The notes: a model not told the origin generated them from the letters alone. A stretch of DNA of 64,000 nt from Pseudomonadota bacterium (GCA_043825735.1 JBDRRP010000004.1:1-64000), one strand, 5' to 3'; counted from the first letter of the stretch, positions 18,973 to 31,419 are shown. Translations and numbers: made by a program.

Positions 18973-21045
18973 CTAGCTGTCGATAAAGCTCTTCAGTTTA
19001 CGGCTCCGCGTGGGATGCCTGAGCTTTCGCAAGGCCTTTGCCTCGATCTGCCGAATACGCTCGCGCGTTACGGCAAAATCCTGTCCGACTTCTTCAAGGG
19101 TATGATCGGCCTTTTCCCCGATACCGAAGCGCATACGCAGCACTTTTTCCTCGCGCGGGGTCAGGGTCGCCAGCACTTTTCTCGTCTGCTCTGCCAGGTT
19201 CAGATTTACGGCAGCATCCGAGGGAAGCATGAATTTCTTATCTTCGATGAAATCTCCCAGGTGGCTGTCTTCTTCTTCCCCGATGGGTGTTTCCAGAGAT
19301 ATGGGTTCTCGTGCGATCTTGAGAACTTTACGCACCTTGTCGAGTGGGATTTCCATCTTGTCGGCAATCTCTTCGGGGCTGGGCTCGCGACCGAGTTCCT
19401 GAACCAGGTAACGCGAAGTGCGGATCAACTTGTTGATGGTCTCGATCATGTGCACCGGAATCCGGATGGTTCGTGCCTGGTCGGCAATGGCACGGGTAAT
19501 GGCCTGCCGGATCCACCAGGTGGCATAAGTGGAAAACTTGTAACCGCGCCGGTATTCAAACTTATCCACCGCCTTCATCAAGCCGATGTTGCCTTCCTGG
19601 ATCAAGTCGAGAAACTGAAGACCCCGGTTGGTGTATTTCTTGGCGATACTCACCACGAGTCGGAGATTGGCCTTGGTCAATTCCGATTTGGCCAATTTAG
19701 CACGCAGACGGCCGTCCTCGACACCGCCCATGATGCGTTTGAGCGCTCGGCTTCTTGCCTTGATCTCGTTTTCCTTGATATCGATGTCTTCGCTGATCTG
19801 TTTCAACTCGACATACAGGGTGCCGATTTCGGCCTTGGTCAGGGCGGATTTTCCCTGGAGCCATTTTAGAAAGGCCGTTTTTGTTTTCAAAGACGACCTC
19901 AGCTCAGTCAGTGGCACCCCCAAAGCGTCGGCACACATGGAGACCATCTGGTTCATGGCGTCAAACCAATCGATCTGCCCGCGGACGATGTTTTCCACCT
20001 TGTCGATGATGCCACCCTCAAGACGCCACTCCCTGAGCAGATCGAAAATCTTGTTGGTTCGCCGGATGATCGCCCGGCGCAAACGGCGCTGTTCGTCCGG
20101 TTCCAGCGTTTCGTTAAACAATTTTTCCCGGAACGTCGCGTTTTCGGAATCGACCTCCCGGATGGCGTTAATGGTCTCGATGAATCGGTCGGCCTGAAGC
20201 ACTTCGTCGGCATAGGGCTCGCCTTCATCGATATCGCGAAGCACATACTTGGGTCGCAGTTCCCCTTTTTCAATGTGGCTGCCCAGCTCAAGAATGCAAT
20301 TGACGCCGCTGGTGGTATCCAGCAGCGCCCGCAGCACTTCCAGTTCTCCGGCTTCAATCTTCTTGGCGATTTCCACTTCGCCTTCCCTGCTGAGCAGGGT
20401 CACCATCCCCATCTCGCGCAAGTACATCTTCACCGGATCGGTGACACTGCCGAAATCGGCCCCACCGCCGGCTGCCGCACCGGCACTCTTTTTCCCCGCG
20501 GCCTTAGCCACCACTTTCTTCTTCTGATCGTCGACGATATCGATACCGTTGTCTTCGAACAGCATCAACGTCTCATCCATCTGATCGGCGGAGAGTAAAT
20601 TCTCCGGCAGGGCATCGTTAATCTCTTCATAGGTGAGAAATCCCTGGGAACGCCCTTTTGAGAGCAGGGAGCGGATCGCCGCTTCAGTGATCACCTTGGT
20701 ATCGGCAACGCCCTCCTCCGAAGCGTTCTCATCCACAGAGACGGACTTTTTCTTGGGCGCCGATTTCTTTGGAACCGTTTTTTTCCGGGGCGCCGGGCGG
20801 GTTTCGGTCTTGGCGGCTGCAGCCTTTTTGGGAGCGGCCTTCTTTGAGGGCTTTTTGGGGGGTGCGGGTTTTCCTGCAGCGGCACGCTCGGTCGGCGCCT
20901 TCTTTTCTGCCTCTGAGTCCTTGGGCATCTTCACAGGCGCCTTCTTCGAACCGGCGGACTTCTTTTTGGCCGCCGGCGCTTTCTTCGCAGAGGCAGTGAC
21001 CCGCTTGTTTTTTACTGCCGCATCCTTCGCCTTTTTACTTACCAT
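18973..21045 (-). CDS. rpoD: RNA polymerase primary sigma factor
   Basis: Region 1.1, [57 protein letters not shown]. Confidence 0.98.
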   Translation of the reverse strand: MVSKKAKDAAVKNKRVTASAKKAPAAKKKSAGSKKAPVKMPKDSEAEKKAPTERAAAGKPAPPKKPSKKAAPKKAAAAKTETRPAPRKKTVPKKSAPKKKSVSVDENASEEGVADTKVITEAAIRSLLSKGRSQGFLTYEEINDALPENLLSADQMDETLMLFEDNGIDIVDDQKKKVVAKAAGKKSAGAAAGGGADFGSVTDPVKMYLREMGMVTLLSREGEVEIAKKIEAGELEVLRALLDTTSGVNCILELGSHIEKGELRPKYVLRDIDEGEPYADEVLQADRFIETINAIREVDSENATFREKLFNETLEPDEQRRLRRAIIRRTNKIFDLLREWRLEGGIIDKVENIVRGQIDWFDAMNQMVSMCADALGVPLTELRSSLKTKTAFLKWLQGKSALTKAEIGTLYVELKQISEDIDIKENEIKARSRALKRIMGGVEDGRLRAKLAKSELTKANLRLVVSIAKKYTNRGLQFLDLIQEGNIGLMKAVDKFEYRRGYKFSTYATWWIRQAITRAIADQARTIRIPVHMIETINKLIRTSRYLVQELGREPSPEEIADKMEIPLDKVRKVLKIAREPISLETPIGEEEDSHLGDFIEDKKFMLPSDAAVNLNLAEQTRKVLATLTPREEKVLRMRFGIGEKADHTLEEVGQDFAVTRERIRQIEAKALRKLRHPTRSRKLKSFIDS

Positions 21046-21229
21046 CGATTAGACCTCCTGATTAAACGACCGCCTGAAAGGCTGGCGGTTTTGGGTGGCA
21101 GCCGGTCGGCTGCGGCCAAAAACGTTGCGCCAGCAACGTACGTTCACATGTCGACCCCACGCGAAGCGCAGAGGTTTTAAAAGCATTTATCAAATTGAGA
21201 CGCGTCATTGCCGCAAACCTGTTCCGGCA

Positions 21230-23101
21230 TCAGGCTTTGGGTTTTCCGTACCGGTTTCCGGTCTGGGCATCGCGCGCCGACTGCTGTTTTTCTTTCAAGA
21301 GCTGCAATAACGTGCTGTGATCGTTGTCGGCTTCGGCCTTTCGGATCCGTTTGACCAAAGCGTCGTCCGAGCGATTCCGGTTCATTTCAAACTGCTGGAT
21401 CAGACGCAAGCACCCGTCCATATCCCACTTTTCATCGGCCATGGCCAGCTCGCTAAGCACCGAGGCGACACTTTCTCCGGCATGCCGGTTGATCATTGCG
21501 GCCACATCTATCCCATCGGCACGCCCGTGGGCCAGGATGGCGCTCCCGGCGGCCTTCAGCGTCGGATCGTCCAGGGCGTCGACAATGCGCCGTTTGCGCA
21601 CTTCGGGAAGTATTTCGGGAAACTGGATCATCATCGTGACCAACATTCGTTCCAGGGGATTGCCGCCCCGGGCGGTTCCGGGCGCCGGGACTGGCGGCTT
21701 CAGCGCTTGCAAGGCGGCGGCATTCCCTGGTTTTGCCCGCCCGTCACGACCTCGATGGGCGCTCACCTGCCGAAGCCTGCTGATGATGGCGCTCTCATCG
21801 ATACCAAGCCGTTCAGCGATCATCCGGATGTACACCGAGCGGGCCACCGGATCTCCGATACCGGCCAGCGCCGCGGAAAGCTCCGTGACCACCCGGATTT
21901 TTCCTTCCACGGACAGTCCGAATCGGGCGATGGCGGACTCGCACAGAAACGGGATAATCCCCGGGGCTTTTTCCGCTTCTGCCCAAAAAGCGTCGGCGCC
22001 GAACTGCCGGATGTAGGAATCAGGGTCGTGCCCGGCCGGAAGAACCAGAATCCGGGTGTCGGCATCATTTTCCGAAAACACGTCGCCTTTGCCAAAATTG
22101 GTATGCTCCTGCCAAAACAGCTCCAGGCTCCGATGCGCGGCTTTCATACCGGCGTCATCAGAATCAAATACCAAAGTGATCGTACCGCTGCCGACAATGC
22201 CTTTCAGGGCGCGGATCTGCTGCGCGGTGAGGGCGGTTCCCAGCGTGGCCACGACATTTTGGACACCGCCAAGGTGCAGACTCAACAGATCCAGGTACCC
22301 CTCCACGATGAAGACCTGGCGCAGCTGGCGGCAGCTCTGGCGCGCCCAATTGATCCCGTAAAGGGAACTTCCCTTGCTGTAGACCGGCGTCTCCGGCGAA
22401 TTCATGTACTTGGGCTGCCCGTCGCCGATGACCCGGCCGCCGAAACCGATCACCCTTTCGGCACCGTCGAAAATGGGAAACATTACCCGATCCCGAAACC
22501 GGTCATAGTGTCCTCCCCCCTGGTTTCGCGGTACCACGAGCCCCGACTGCTCAACGATGCGCGACGGGACTTTCCGGCCCTTTAAAAACCGCACCAACTG
22601 ATCCCACGAGGCAGGCGCATATCCGAGACCGAAATGCGCCATGGCCTCAGTGTCAAACCCGCGACCTTGCAGATAGGCGGTGGCCTGACGCCCCATCCGG
22701 GAATCCTTGAGACAATCGCTGTAAAACCCCATGGCCATACGGTTGAGCTTGTAGAGCATCTCCCGTTGGCTCATTTCCTGCCGCTGTCCGGGCGACATAC
22801 GCTCGCTCGGCAATTCGATCCCAAACCGGTTGGCGAGCGATTTGACGGCATCGGGGAACGCGAGCCCCTGGTGTTTCATGATGAAAGTGAACACGTTGCC
22901 GCCCGTACCGCACCCAAAACAGTGAAAAATCTGTCTGTCGGGACTCACTGAAAACGAAGGGGTTTTTTCCGAATGAAAAGGACACAAGCCGAGATAGTTT
23001 TTCCCCGCCTTCTTGAGCACGACCGCATCTGCGATAATGTCAACAATATCGGCGGCATTTTTGACTTCAGTAATTTTCTCTTCAGGGATTAGAAGCCCCA
23101 A
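21230..23101 (-). CDS. dnaG: DNA primase
   Basis: CPFHSEKTPSF...CFGC zinc finger, KYMNSPET, VEGYLD, FDSDDAG TOPRIM; likely TTG start at 23101 after GGAGG. Confidence 0.96.
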   Translation of the reverse strand: MGLLIPEEKITEVKNAADIVDIIADAVVLKKAGKNYLGLCPFHSEKTPSFSVSPDRQIFHCFGCGTGGNVFTFIMKHQGLAFPDAVKSLANRFGIELPSERMSPGQRQEMSQREMLYKLNRMAMGFYSDCLKDSRMGRQATAYLQGRGFDTEAMAHFGLGYAPASWDQLVRFLKGRKVPSRIVEQSGLVVPRNQGGGHYDRFRDRVMFPIFDGAERVIGFGGRVIGDGQPKYMNSPETPVYSKGSSLYGINWARQSCRQLRQVFIVEGYLDLLSLHLGGVQNVVATLGTALTAQQIRALKGIVGSGTITLVFDSDDAGMKAAHRSLELFWQEHTNFGKGDVFSENDADTRILVLPAGHDPDSYIRQFGADAFWAEAEKAPGIIPFLCESAIARFGLSVEGKIRVVTELSAALAGIGDPVARSVYIRMIAERLGIDESAIISRLRQVSAHRGRDGRAKPGNAAALQALKPPVPAPGTARGGNPLERMLVTMMIQFPEILPEVRKRRIVDALDDPTLKAAGSAILAHGRADGIDVAAMINRHAGESVASVLSELAMADEKWDMDGCLRLIQQFEMNRNRSDDALVKRIRKAEADNDHSTLLQLLKEKQQSARDAQTGNRYGKPKA

Positions 23102-23329
23102 AAAGGTGCCCTCCATGGTGTCCATGCCGCCAGGGTCGGCACGGCTGGAAGGTTGATGGTGCACGGCTTCCCGTTCCCCCGGAGAGCGCCTGCCGGATGG
23201 CGACCTCAGATGGATGAGAAGGGCTGTACCCCGCATGGCCGATGTTTCTCAGCGCCTTCTGGAACCCTTTATCGGCGCGTTCGCCGCCGCCGTGACAAAA
23301 AAGATCTCAACTGCGGCAGAGAACTGTGT

Positions 23330-23358
23330 AAATTACCGATTATATATGTTTTTGTCAA
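23330..23358 (-). promoter_or_regulatory. Putative sigma70 promoter for dnaG-rpoD (TTGACA-N17-TAATTT)
   Basis: Consensus -35 at 23358-23353 with 17-nt spacer; a similar TTGACA-N18-TAATTT precedes yqgE (38231-38202). Confidence 0.55.
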
Positions 23359-24080
23359 GGATCGTTTTCAGCGGCGCCAGTTGCCGGACGGGGAGCGCTC
23401 ATGGCGGAAAATAGATCGTCCAGACCGGCGGCAGCCAGATCCGCCGCCGATATCCACCCTTTGCGCTTCATGAATTTATTGATCTCCAGCAGATTCTCAC
23501 TGAGGGCGCGCTGGGTCTCATCGAAACGACCGGTCCACATGATCCGGCCGTCAACCGTGCGCAGCAAGGTGAGATCGAAGGCCACCGAAGCGGGTTCTTC
23601 GGAGGCATAACGGCTGCCGACCCGCTCGCGGTATCGGTAAATGAAACACACCAGGACACCGTCCGCGTTGAGGGCACGCCCGCTTTCAATCCACAGGGAG
23701 CGATCGATGATGGGCGCCGCGTCCCGGGAGGTCAGAGACGACATAATGCCCAGCGCGCTCTCCGGAGGCAGCACTTCGAACCGCTCCAGCGCGGTGATCC
23801 GGGCATAGACGGCCGATTCGAACAATTGCGCAGCTTCCGGGCTGACATCGCCGGTGATGAACACACTGCCGCTCAGCGGATTGCGTACATTCCGGGAAGG
23901 CCCATAGATGGCGGCCATGTTCTGAACCGGCATCATGACTATTTTTTTGATCTGCGACAAATCGGCGGTGTTTCCGACAACCGGTGTGCCGGCGCAGCCG
24001 GTAAACACCGCAGCAATGCAAATGGCCGCAAGGCAGCGCAGCGCGGTCGCTGCTGCTATGGCACCTGACCGCGGCGTCAC
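23355..24080 (-). CDS. Putative lipoprotein, function unknown
   Basis: Lipobox FTGC after a hydrophobic signal; overlaps the hisB stop. Confidence 0.75.
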   Translation of the reverse strand: MTPRSGAIAAATALRCLAAICIAAVFTGCAGTPVVGNTADLSQIKKIVMMPVQNMAAIYGPSRNVRNPLSGSVFITGDVSPEAAQLFESAVYARITALERFEVLPPESALGIMSSLTSRDAAPIIDRSLWIESGRALNADGVLVCFIYRYRERVGSRYASEEPASVAFDLTLLRTVDGRIMWTGRFDETQRALSENLLEINKFMKRKGWISAADLAAAGLDDLFSAMSAPRPATGAAENDP

Positions 24081-24664
24081 AGTGCCCCCTTGGATGAATG
24101 TATTCCCCGAATGCGGGGATCCATCGCCACCGCCCGGTCCAGTGCCCGGGCCAACGCCTTGAACACCGCCTCGATCACGTGATGCTCGTTTTCACCATAA
24201 GGCACCCGGATATGCAGATTCATCCCGCCCTTGAATGCCAGCGCACGGAAAAACTCCTTCGCCAGACCGGCGTCGAACACGCTCCCGCTAGCGGGCACCG
24301 TCGGCAACTGGTAGGCCAGAAACGGGCGCCGCGACAAATCGATGGTGACTTCGGCGAGGGCGTCGTCCATGGGTATCACGGCATGACCATAACGGCAGAT
24401 ACCCGCCCTGTCGCCAAGTGCGGTGTCGATGGCTTCCCCCAGCACCAGAGCGACATCTTCAACTGTGTGGTGGGCGTCGACGTCGAGATCGCCAACGGCG
24501 TCAAGAGACAGATCAAAAAATCCGTGAACGGCAAAGAGCGTGAGCATGTGGTCAAGAAACCCGATGCCTGTCCGGATGTCTGCCTTTCCGCTGCCGTCCA
24601 GGTTGATGGTGGCCGTGATGCGGGTTTCCTTTGTTAAGCGTTCTCGCGTTGATGTCCGCTGCAT
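24077..24664 (-). CDS. hisB: Imidazoleglycerol-phosphate dehydratase
   Basis: TGIGFLDHML, DAHHTVED, PMDDAL, NEHHVIEAVFKA, SSKGAL. Confidence 0.97.
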   Translation of the reverse strand: MQRTSTRERLTKETRITATINLDGSGKADIRTGIGFLDHMLTLFAVHGFFDLSLDAVGDLDVDAHHTVEDVALVLGEAIDTALGDRAGICRYGHAVIPMDDALAEVTIDLSRRPFLAYQLPTVPASGSVFDAGLAKEFFRALAFKGGMNLHIRVPYGENEHHVIEAVFKALARALDRAVAMDPRIRGIHSSKGAL

Positions 24665-24962
24665 AAATGGCACTCCTGCTCAGTGGTAATTGTCGTCCGC
24701 GCCCCGGTTCGCCATCGCGTGAGCGCCTCAATATAATCACCGACGTTTTAAAAATCGACCGGCGTTGGGTTGGATTTTTTGATGAGCGACAATCGATCAA
24801 AAATTGACTGCCTGCAAGGCAGGTTGTGGGTGGCAACAGCGGCCAAAAAGATTACGCCGAAAACGAGCGTTTCGGTTCGATGAACCGAATTACCTTTTTT
24901 ACCACAAGACACCCGGGGTTGGAAATGGCAAGTTCTTTACCTTGCTCGATTTTCAGGGCATT

Positions 24963-27900
24963 TCAGAGTGTGCGGCGCACTGCGACGGGTTTTGGATCAG
25001 GATGGAACAATGAATAGACCGTCGGAATGAGCACCAACGTGATCAGCGTCGATCCGATGAGGCCCCCGACAACCGCCCGGGCCAGCGGCGCCTGGACATC
25101 GGCGCCTTCTCCGATGCCGAGTGCCAGCGGCAGCAGACCGAGAATGGTGGTCAGCGTCGTCATCAGAATCGGCCGCAACCGGCGGCGGCCGGCCTCGGTC
25201 AGCGCGTCATGGCTCCGCATCCCTTCGTCAGCCAGTCGGCCGGCCTGGTCCACCAGTAAAATCGCGTTGTTGACAACGATGCCCCCCAGCATGATGCACC
25301 CGATGTAGGACTGCACATTCAGTGTCGTTGATGTGATAAACAGTGTCAGCAGCACGCCCACCGCCGCCACGGGAACGGAAAACATGACGATCAGCGGATC
25401 GCGCAGCGATTCATACTGGCACGCCAGCACCATGTACACGAGCACCAGCGCCAGCACGAGCGAGATGAGCAGTTCCCTGGATGCCTTTTGCTGTTCTTCA
25501 AAACTGCCGGCGACCGTCAGATCATAGCTGACCGGGCGTGGAATTTGATCCAGCAGCGCCTGCACATCCCGGGCCACGGAGCCCAGATCGCGCCCTGCGA
25601 CATTGGCCAGAACCGTCACCATGCGCTGCTGGCCTTTGCGGTCGATCAGCACCGGACCGCGACTCTGTTCGGCCCTGACGATATTGCGCAGCGCCACCTT
25701 TTCACCGCTTGCGGTTGTCAGCGTCAAATCGAGAATTTCATCCAGGGACCGCCTCTCGGCATCCTTGAGCTGCACCAGGATGCGATAGGAATTGCCCCCG
25801 GTGCGGTATTCGCCGGCTTTGGAGCCGGCCACCGCTGTTTGCAAAAGCTGGGTGACGTCGCGCACGCTCAGGCCAAGATCCGCGACTTTGTCCCGATCGA
25901 TTCGAATTTCCTGCTGAGGCACGCCGGCTTCGAGACTGCTATCGACATCCGTGATGCCGGGCACATCAACAATTGCGGCCGCGACGTTCCGGGCAAGCGC
26001 GTCGAGTGTCGTCAGGTCATAGCCGCGAATCTCGACGATCACCCCCTCCTCGCTGTCCAGGATCCTTTCCAGAATAAACTGGCCCTGGGGCGCCCGCACA
26101 CGGATCTCCATCCCGGGGACACGGCCTTCCAGGCGGCGCCGCAGGTCATGGGCGACGGCCACATTGGAACGTTTGCGCTGGTCGGCCGGCAGCAGCGAAA
26201 TGCGGATTTCACCTTCCGCGCCCGCGTCGGCACGCCAGCCGGAGGCGCCGACGCTGACCACCGAGGCGACGGTCTCGGGAACGGCCGGTCGAATGATTTC
26301 CTCCATGATGCGCGTCTGCTGATCGACCAGATCGAGACGCGTGCCGATTTCCATCTTTCCGGTGACACGAACCTCGCCCTCATCACTGGGCGGCAAAAAT
26401 TCACTGCCGATCAGGGGCAGCAGCAGCAGACTTGCGCCCAACACGGCAGCCGTCACGGAAATGGTGGTGAACCGATGGGCCAGCGCCCAGCGCAGTACGG
26501 CCAGATAAGCATTTTCGATCCCCGCGAAAATTGACTCTGCGCCGGCGGCCCACCGGTTCGCTGGCGCCCCCGGCGCCGTGAACCGTTGTTGCCGCGAGGT
26601 CAGCAGCCGCGAGGTCAGCATGGGCACCAGCGTCAGCGCCACGAGCAGCGAACAGATCAGCGAAAAGATGATCACGTACGCCAGTTCCTTGAAGAGGATG
26701 CCCGAAACGCCCCGGACGAAAATGAGTGGCAGGAAAATCACCAGCGTGGTGATGGTGCTGGCAATGATTGCCGGTGCGACCTCCCGGGCACCTTCCACCG
26801 AGGCAGCCTCCGGCGCTTCTCCGTTCTCACTGCGGCGGCGAAAAATGTTTTCAAGCACGACGATGGAACTGTCGACCATCATCCCCACCCCCAGGGCCAG
26901 ACCGCCCAAGGTCATCAGGTTGAGCGTGAATCCGCCGAAATAAACCAGTGCGAAAGTGGCCACGATGGAGATCGGGATCGACAGGGCAATGACCAGCGTA
27001 CTTCGGATGTTGCGCAGAAAAAACAGCAGCACCACGATGGCCAGTCCGCCGCCGTAAAGTACCGAGCGGGCAACGTTGGCGATCGAGCGCTCGATGAAAT
27101 TTCCCTGGTTGATCACTGGGACGATCTTGATCTGAGGAAAGGCCTGGTTGGCCGCCTCGATTTCAGCCAAAACGCCTTTGGACACCTCGACCGTATTGGC
27201 ACTGGCCTGCTTGCGGATCGCCACACGAAGTCCGCGGCCGCCGTTCACACGGACGATGCGCGTCAGCTTTTCATACGTATCCTTGACCTCGGCGATCTGC
27301 CCCAGCGTGATGACGGCGCCATCGCGCCGGGCGATGACCGTGTCCCGGATCTGATCGAGGTTGAAGAACTCGGCCGGAGCGCGCAACGTGACTTCGTAGC
27401 GCCCCTGCTCGATCTTTCCCGCCGGAAGATCGAGGTTGGCATCGACAACGGCCTCGATCACCTGATCCATCGGCAGGCCGACGCCCTTGACCCGGGCAGG
27501 ATCCAGTTCGATGCGGACCTCGCGGTTGAAGCCGCCGAACACGTCTACCTGAGCGACTCCGGGTATGCGGGCGAATCGGTAACGGATCTGCACTTCAATC
27601 AGCTCGGTCAGTTCCACGGGATCCAGATCGCTGGAAATCCCGAGCAGCACGACCGGAAAACTGGCGATGTCGAATTTGCGGATGCGGGGCCTGACGATAT
27701 CCTCGGGCAACTCGTTGATCTCGTCTTCGAGTTTGCCCTGAACATCAATGGCCGCCGTGTCGATTTGCGTCCCCCACACGAAACTGACATTCACCGTGCT
27801 GCGGCCCTCCGAGGATGCTGATGTGATTTCCTCGACCCCAGGCACCGTGGCAACGATCTCTTCGATAATCTGGGTGACCAGCCGCTCCATCACCTCCGGG

Positions 27901-28064
27901 CTGGCACCCTCGTAATCGGTTCGGATGCTCAATGTCGGCAGTTCGATGTTGGGCAGCATGTCGATCTGCAGCCGGCTCAGCGAGACCGCTCCGAGGAGGA
28001 CCAGAATCAGAGTCACCATCGTCGTGAAAATCGGGCGATTGACGCTGAAACGCGGCAGATTCAT
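24963..28064 (-). CDS. RND efflux transporter permease (AcrB/AcrD/AcrF family)
   Basis: 1033 aa; [44 protein letters not shown]. Confidence 0.95.
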   Translation of the reverse strand: MNLPRFSVNRPIFTTMVTLILVLLGAVSLSRLQIDMLPNIELPTLSIRTDYEGASPEVMERLVTQIIEEIVATVPGVEEITSASSEGRSTVNVSFVWGTQIDTAAIDVQGKLEDEINELPEDIVRPRIRKFDIASFPVVLLGISSDLDPVELTELIEVQIRYRFARIPGVAQVDVFGGFNREVRIELDPARVKGVGLPMDQVIEAVVDANLDLPAGKIEQGRYEVTLRAPAEFFNLDQIRDTVIARRDGAVITLGQIAEVKDTYEKLTRIVRVNGGRGLRVAIRKQASANTVEVSKGVLAEIEAANQAFPQIKIVPVINQGNFIERSIANVARSVLYGGGLAIVVLLFFLRNIRSTLVIALSIPISIVATFALVYFGGFTLNLMTLGGLALGVGMMVDSSIVVLENIFRRRSENGEAPEAASVEGAREVAPAIIASTITTLVIFLPLIFVRGVSGILFKELAYVIIFSLICSLLVALTLVPMLTSRLLTSRQQRFTAPGAPANRWAAGAESIFAGIENAYLAVLRWALAHRFTTISVTAAVLGASLLLLPLIGSEFLPPSDEGEVRVTGKMEIGTRLDLVDQQTRIMEEIIRPAVPETVASVVSVGASGWRADAGAEGEIRISLLPADQRKRSNVAVAHDLRRRLEGRVPGMEIRVRAPQGQFILERILDSEEGVIVEIRGYDLTTLDALARNVAAAIVDVPGITDVDSSLEAGVPQQEIRIDRDKVADLGLSVRDVTQLLQTAVAGSKAGEYRTGGNSYRILVQLKDAERRSLDEILDLTLTTASGEKVALRNIVRAEQSRGPVLIDRKGQQRMVTVLANVAGRDLGSVARDVQALLDQIPRPVSYDLTVAGSFEEQQKASRELLISLVLALVLVYMVLACQYESLRDPLIVMFSVPVAAVGVLLTLFITSTTLNVQSYIGCIMLGGIVVNNAILLVDQAGRLADEGMRSHDALTEAGRRRLRPILMTTLTTILGLLPLALGIGEGADVQAPLARAVVGGLIGSTLITLVLIPTVYSLFHPDPKPVAVRRTL

Positions 28065-29275
28065 GAGGCGTCACCCTTTTGGCGGGCGGCAGCCGTCGGG
28101 TTCTCTTCGGCCGGAATCGAAATGGCGGAGCCGTCGTGCACCAGCTGCTGGCCCAGGGTAACGACTCTCCCGAAAAGCCCCTCGCCGTCAACCTGCACCC
28201 TGGACCCGTCACGCAGCCCCACCGTGACTTCACGCCAGGCGACCGATCGCCCGTCTTCGCTGACGATGAAAACACCGCTCTTGCCATTGCGGACGGTCAA
28301 GGCTTGCTCCGGTACGATGGTGGCCTCCGTCACCTGATCGAGTACGACGGCGGCCCTGATGAACATGCCGGGTTTGAGCCGATGCTGCGGGTTGTCGATG
28401 GCTATTTCGATCCGCGCCTGCCGGGTGGACGTTCGAAAGACCGGGGCGATGCGATCGATGCGGCCTGTATACCGCTCGTCCGGATAGGCGTCCGTTATCA
28501 ACGAAACGGATTGTCCGGGCTGCAGTTGCGCGTAGTCGCTCTCGGTGACGAAAACCACCCCGCCGATGGGGTGCAGTTGAACGATCAGCAGCAGCGGCGC
28601 ATTGGCGGCAACGGTCTGCCCTTCGTCCACATAGCGCTCGGCGACGACGCGATCGGCTTCACCGCCGCTCCAGCCCGCCGTTACCTGGGTATAACTGAGC
28701 CGGGTATTGGCCGTTTCCAGCGATGATCCGGCCTTTGTGACCTGGGCGGCGGCGACAGTGCGCTTCGCCTGCCGGGCCAGTTTTTCCTGCCGCACGGCAT
28801 CGTACTGGGAATCGGAAGCGATCCCGCGCTTCAGCAGTGACGCGGTGCGTTTATACTCGCGGTCGGCAATTTCCAGGGCGCTCTCGGCCTCGGACAGATT
28901 GGCCTTGGCCACTTCCAGATCGGCTCTGGCCTGGGCGACCGCCTGTAAATATTCATCATTGTCCAGTTCGGCCACAACCTGACCACGCGCCACGCGATCG
29001 GCGATGTTAACCAGAACGCGCTCCACGCGGCCGCTGATTTTCGGCGAAACGACAAACTCCGCCAAAGATTCCAATTCGCCGCTGAACGTCCGCTGCCGCG
29101 CGATCGGCCCGCGCTGGATCTGCGCCACCGCCACCGGCACCGGGCGCATCGCTTTGGCGCCCTGGCGCGCACCGGACGGATCCAGGAACCGGCTGGAAAC
29201 GACCCAGACCAGAGCGGCCGCCGCACCGATCAGAAAAACCACAGCAATAAAAATTTTGGAACCACCCGATTTCAA
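28061..29275 (-). CDS. RND periplasmic adaptor (membrane fusion protein)
   Basis: N-terminal TM, lipoyl-like/hairpin architecture, LKPGMF, IVPEQAL; overlaps the permease start. Confidence 0.93.
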   Translation of the reverse strand: MKSGGSKIFIAVVFLIGAAAALVWVVSSRFLDPSGARQGAKAMRPVPVAVAQIQRGPIARQRTFSGELESLAEFVVSPKISGRVERVLVNIADRVARGQVVAELDNDEYLQAVAQARADLEVAKANLSEAESALEIADREYKRTASLLKRGIASDSQYDAVRQEKLARQAKRTVAAAQVTKAGSSLETANTRLSYTQVTAGWSGGEADRVVAERYVDEGQTVAANAPLLLIVQLHPIGGVVFVTESDYAQLQPGQSVSLITDAYPDERYTGRIDRIAPVFRTSTRQARIEIAIDNPQHRLKPGMFIRAAVVLDQVTEATIVPEQALTVRNGKSGVFIVSEDGRSVAWREVTVGLRDGSRVQVDGEGLFGRVVTLGQQLVHDGSAISIPAEENPTAAARQKGDAS

Positions 29276-29421
29276 GGTAAAAGTGCCCTTTCCGCTGGCA
29301 TTGAAGTGGACTCACATCATAGCGTTATGCCGCCTGTTTTGACATAGGAGACATTGCATTTTTACGGCCGATATTGCAAGTTGATGGCCATCTGTGGATA
29401 GACACTCGTTGAGGAGTTGAC

Positions 29422-31053
29422 ATGATACCTGGAAAGTCTACGCGACGCCTGTTTGCGTGCCTTGTCGCGTTCGGGTGGTTGCTGATGCCGGCCGCCGGCT
29501 CACCGGTTGAAAAGCGGATCACCCGCATCACGGGAGCACCGGATATGCCGGCCGACACGGCGGTGCGCATGCGCACGACCGCTGCCGGAGGGACCGAAGA
29601 GATGGCCGCACGCCCCGTGCCGCCGGGACCGTTGAAAATCACCATCACCGAAGCCATTTTACTGTGCCTGGAAAACAACCGTTCACTGGTGGTCCAGCGA
29701 CTGACCCCCTCAATCCAACAGACCTTCGAAGATCAGGAAAAAGCTGTTTTTGATCCAGCAATCACTGCAGGTCTCTCCGCCGGCCGGGTAAAGGAAGAGC
29801 GCCTTTCAAGAACCGGGCCGGATACCGAGGATGTCAGCACCACGGCGGCCGGCGGCATAATTTCCCTGTCGAAATACTTTCCGACCGGCACGACGGTGTC
29901 ACTGGAAGCCGGCACGCAAATGGAGGAAGTCTCCCTTTACGATGAGGCCCTGTATTCGACCCGCCTGGGCATGACGGTATCACAGGCGCTGCTGCAAGGG
30001 TACGGCTCGGACGTGAATCTGGCCAGACTGCAGCAGGCGCGCCTCGATACGCGGTGGTCGGAATATGAACTGCGGGGTTTTACCGCGTTTCTGGTGGCTG
30101 AAGTGGAACGCGCTTACTGGGACACTGCGCTGGCCCGGCGCCAGATCGAAATTGTCGAAGAGTCACTGAAAGTCGCTCGGCAGCAGCGCGACGAAACCAA
30201 GGCGTTGATCGCCGTCGGCAGATTGGCCAAATCGGAATTGGCCGCCGTCCAGGCCGAGGTGGCGGCACAGAATCAGGCACTCATCGAAGCTCAGGCCAAC
30301 AAGGAGAGCCGCCGCCTGCAACTGCTTCGCCTGCTCAATCCGGCGGGCCCCGGACTCTGGCAGCGGGAAATCGATCTCATCCATCAGCCGACCCTGCCCG
30401 ACATCACGCTGGACGACATCGAAGTGCATGTGGCCGTAGCCATGCGCATGCGTCCCATTTTGAACCAGGCCCGATTGAACATCGCGAGCGGTGATCTGGA
30501 GATCGTCAAGACCCGGAACGGATTGCTGCCCGTGATGGATCTGTTCATCACGCTCGGCAAAAGCGGGTATGCCAATTCCTTTGGCCAATCCTTCAGCAGC
30601 ATCACCGACGACAATTACGACGCCCTGGCGGGGATCCGATTTAATTATCCCGTATCAAACAGGGATGCCAACGCCCTTCACCGGCGCGCGCAACTGACGC
30701 GGGAACAGGCGCAAAAAGCCCTGGAGAACCTCACTCAACTCGTGGAAGTCGATCTGCGCACCGCTTTTATTGAAGTCAACCGCACCAAGCAGCAGATTGC
30801 CGCCTCCGCGGTTACGCGCAAGTTCGATGAAGAAAAATCAAGAACTGAAACCGAAAAACTGCAGGTGGGAAAATCAACCAGTTTTCTGGTGGCGCAGGCA
30901 CAGCGTGACCTGCTGGGCAGTCGCATCGCCGAGGTGCGGGCCCTGGCCAACTATCTCAAGGCGCTGATCGATTTTTACCGGCAGGACGGATCACTGCTCG
31001 AGCGCCGCGGCATTTCCGCCCCCGGACGCGAGCCCTTCGAGCTCTCCAATTAG
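29422..31053 (+). CDS. TolC-family outer membrane efflux protein
   Basis: Signal peptide, ITITEAILLCLENNRSL, two OEP repeats; GAGGAG SD; divergent from MFP-RND. Confidence 0.9.
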   Translation: MIPGKSTRRLFACLVAFGWLLMPAAGSPVEKRITRITGAPDMPADTAVRMRTTAAGGTEEMAARPVPPGPLKITITEAILLCLENNRSLVVQRLTPSIQQTFEDQEKAVFDPAITAGLSAGRVKEERLSRTGPDTEDVSTTAAGGIISLSKYFPTGTTVSLEAGTQMEEVSLYDEALYSTRLGMTVSQALLQGYGSDVNLARLQQARLDTRWSEYELRGFTAFLVAEVERAYWDTALARRQIEIVEESLKVARQQRDETKALIAVGRLAKSELAAVQAEVAAQNQALIEAQANKESRRLQLLRLLNPAGPGLWQREIDLIHQPTLPDITLDDIEVHVAVAMRMRPILNQARLNIASGDLEIVKTRNGLLPVMDLFITLGKSGYANSFGQSFSSITDDNYDALAGIRFNYPVSNRDANALHRRAQLTREQAQKALENLTQLVEVDLRTAFIEVNRTKQQIAASAVTRKFDEEKSRTETEKLQVGKSTSFLVAQAQRDLLGSRIAEVRALANYLKALIDFYRQDGSLLERRGISAPGREPFELSN

Positions 31054-31188
31054 TGACCACCAAGGGTTGATTTTAAAGGCGCCGCAAACATTGACCGCCA
31101 CCGGTCAGTACGCAGCCACGGTGATGATTCTCAAGGCGGCTCCAGCTCGGCATCTTGATTATCCAGGCCGTGATCGTCAGTTTGCTGG

Positions 31189-31374
31189 CCGGCCTACGCC
31201 ATGCCGCCGGAGCGCGCGGACCTGGTGGTCATGCGCGCCCTGATCCGCCACGGTTTCAGCCGCGATCTGGGTGATTTATTGCTGAACGACCTGAAGCACT
31301 GCCTGACGTATTTCGAAAAAAACCCGGTGGCCAATCCTTTGGACGCTGAGACCAGCGGCTTCAGTCATACGTAG
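31189..31374 (+). pseudogene. C-terminal remnant of glutamate decarboxylase (GadA/GadB family)
   Basis: Reads PAYAMPPERADLVVMRALIRHGFSRDLGDLLLNDLKHCLTYFEKNPVANPLDAETSGFSHT*, matching the GAD C-terminus pattern I recall (PAF...DIVVMRIMCRRGF..D.A.LLL.D...F.HT); the remaining ~400 codons are absent. Confidence 0.7.
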
Positions 31375-31384
31375 CGGCAGGCAA

Positions 31385-31419
31385 TAAAAAAGCCCCTGAA
31401 AAATCAGGGGCATTTTTTT
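31385..31419. terminator. Bidirectional rho-independent terminator
   Basis: AAAAAA-GCCCCTGA-AAAA-TCAGGGGC-ATTTTTTT between the convergent tolC/gad remnant and the tRNA. Confidence 0.85.
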
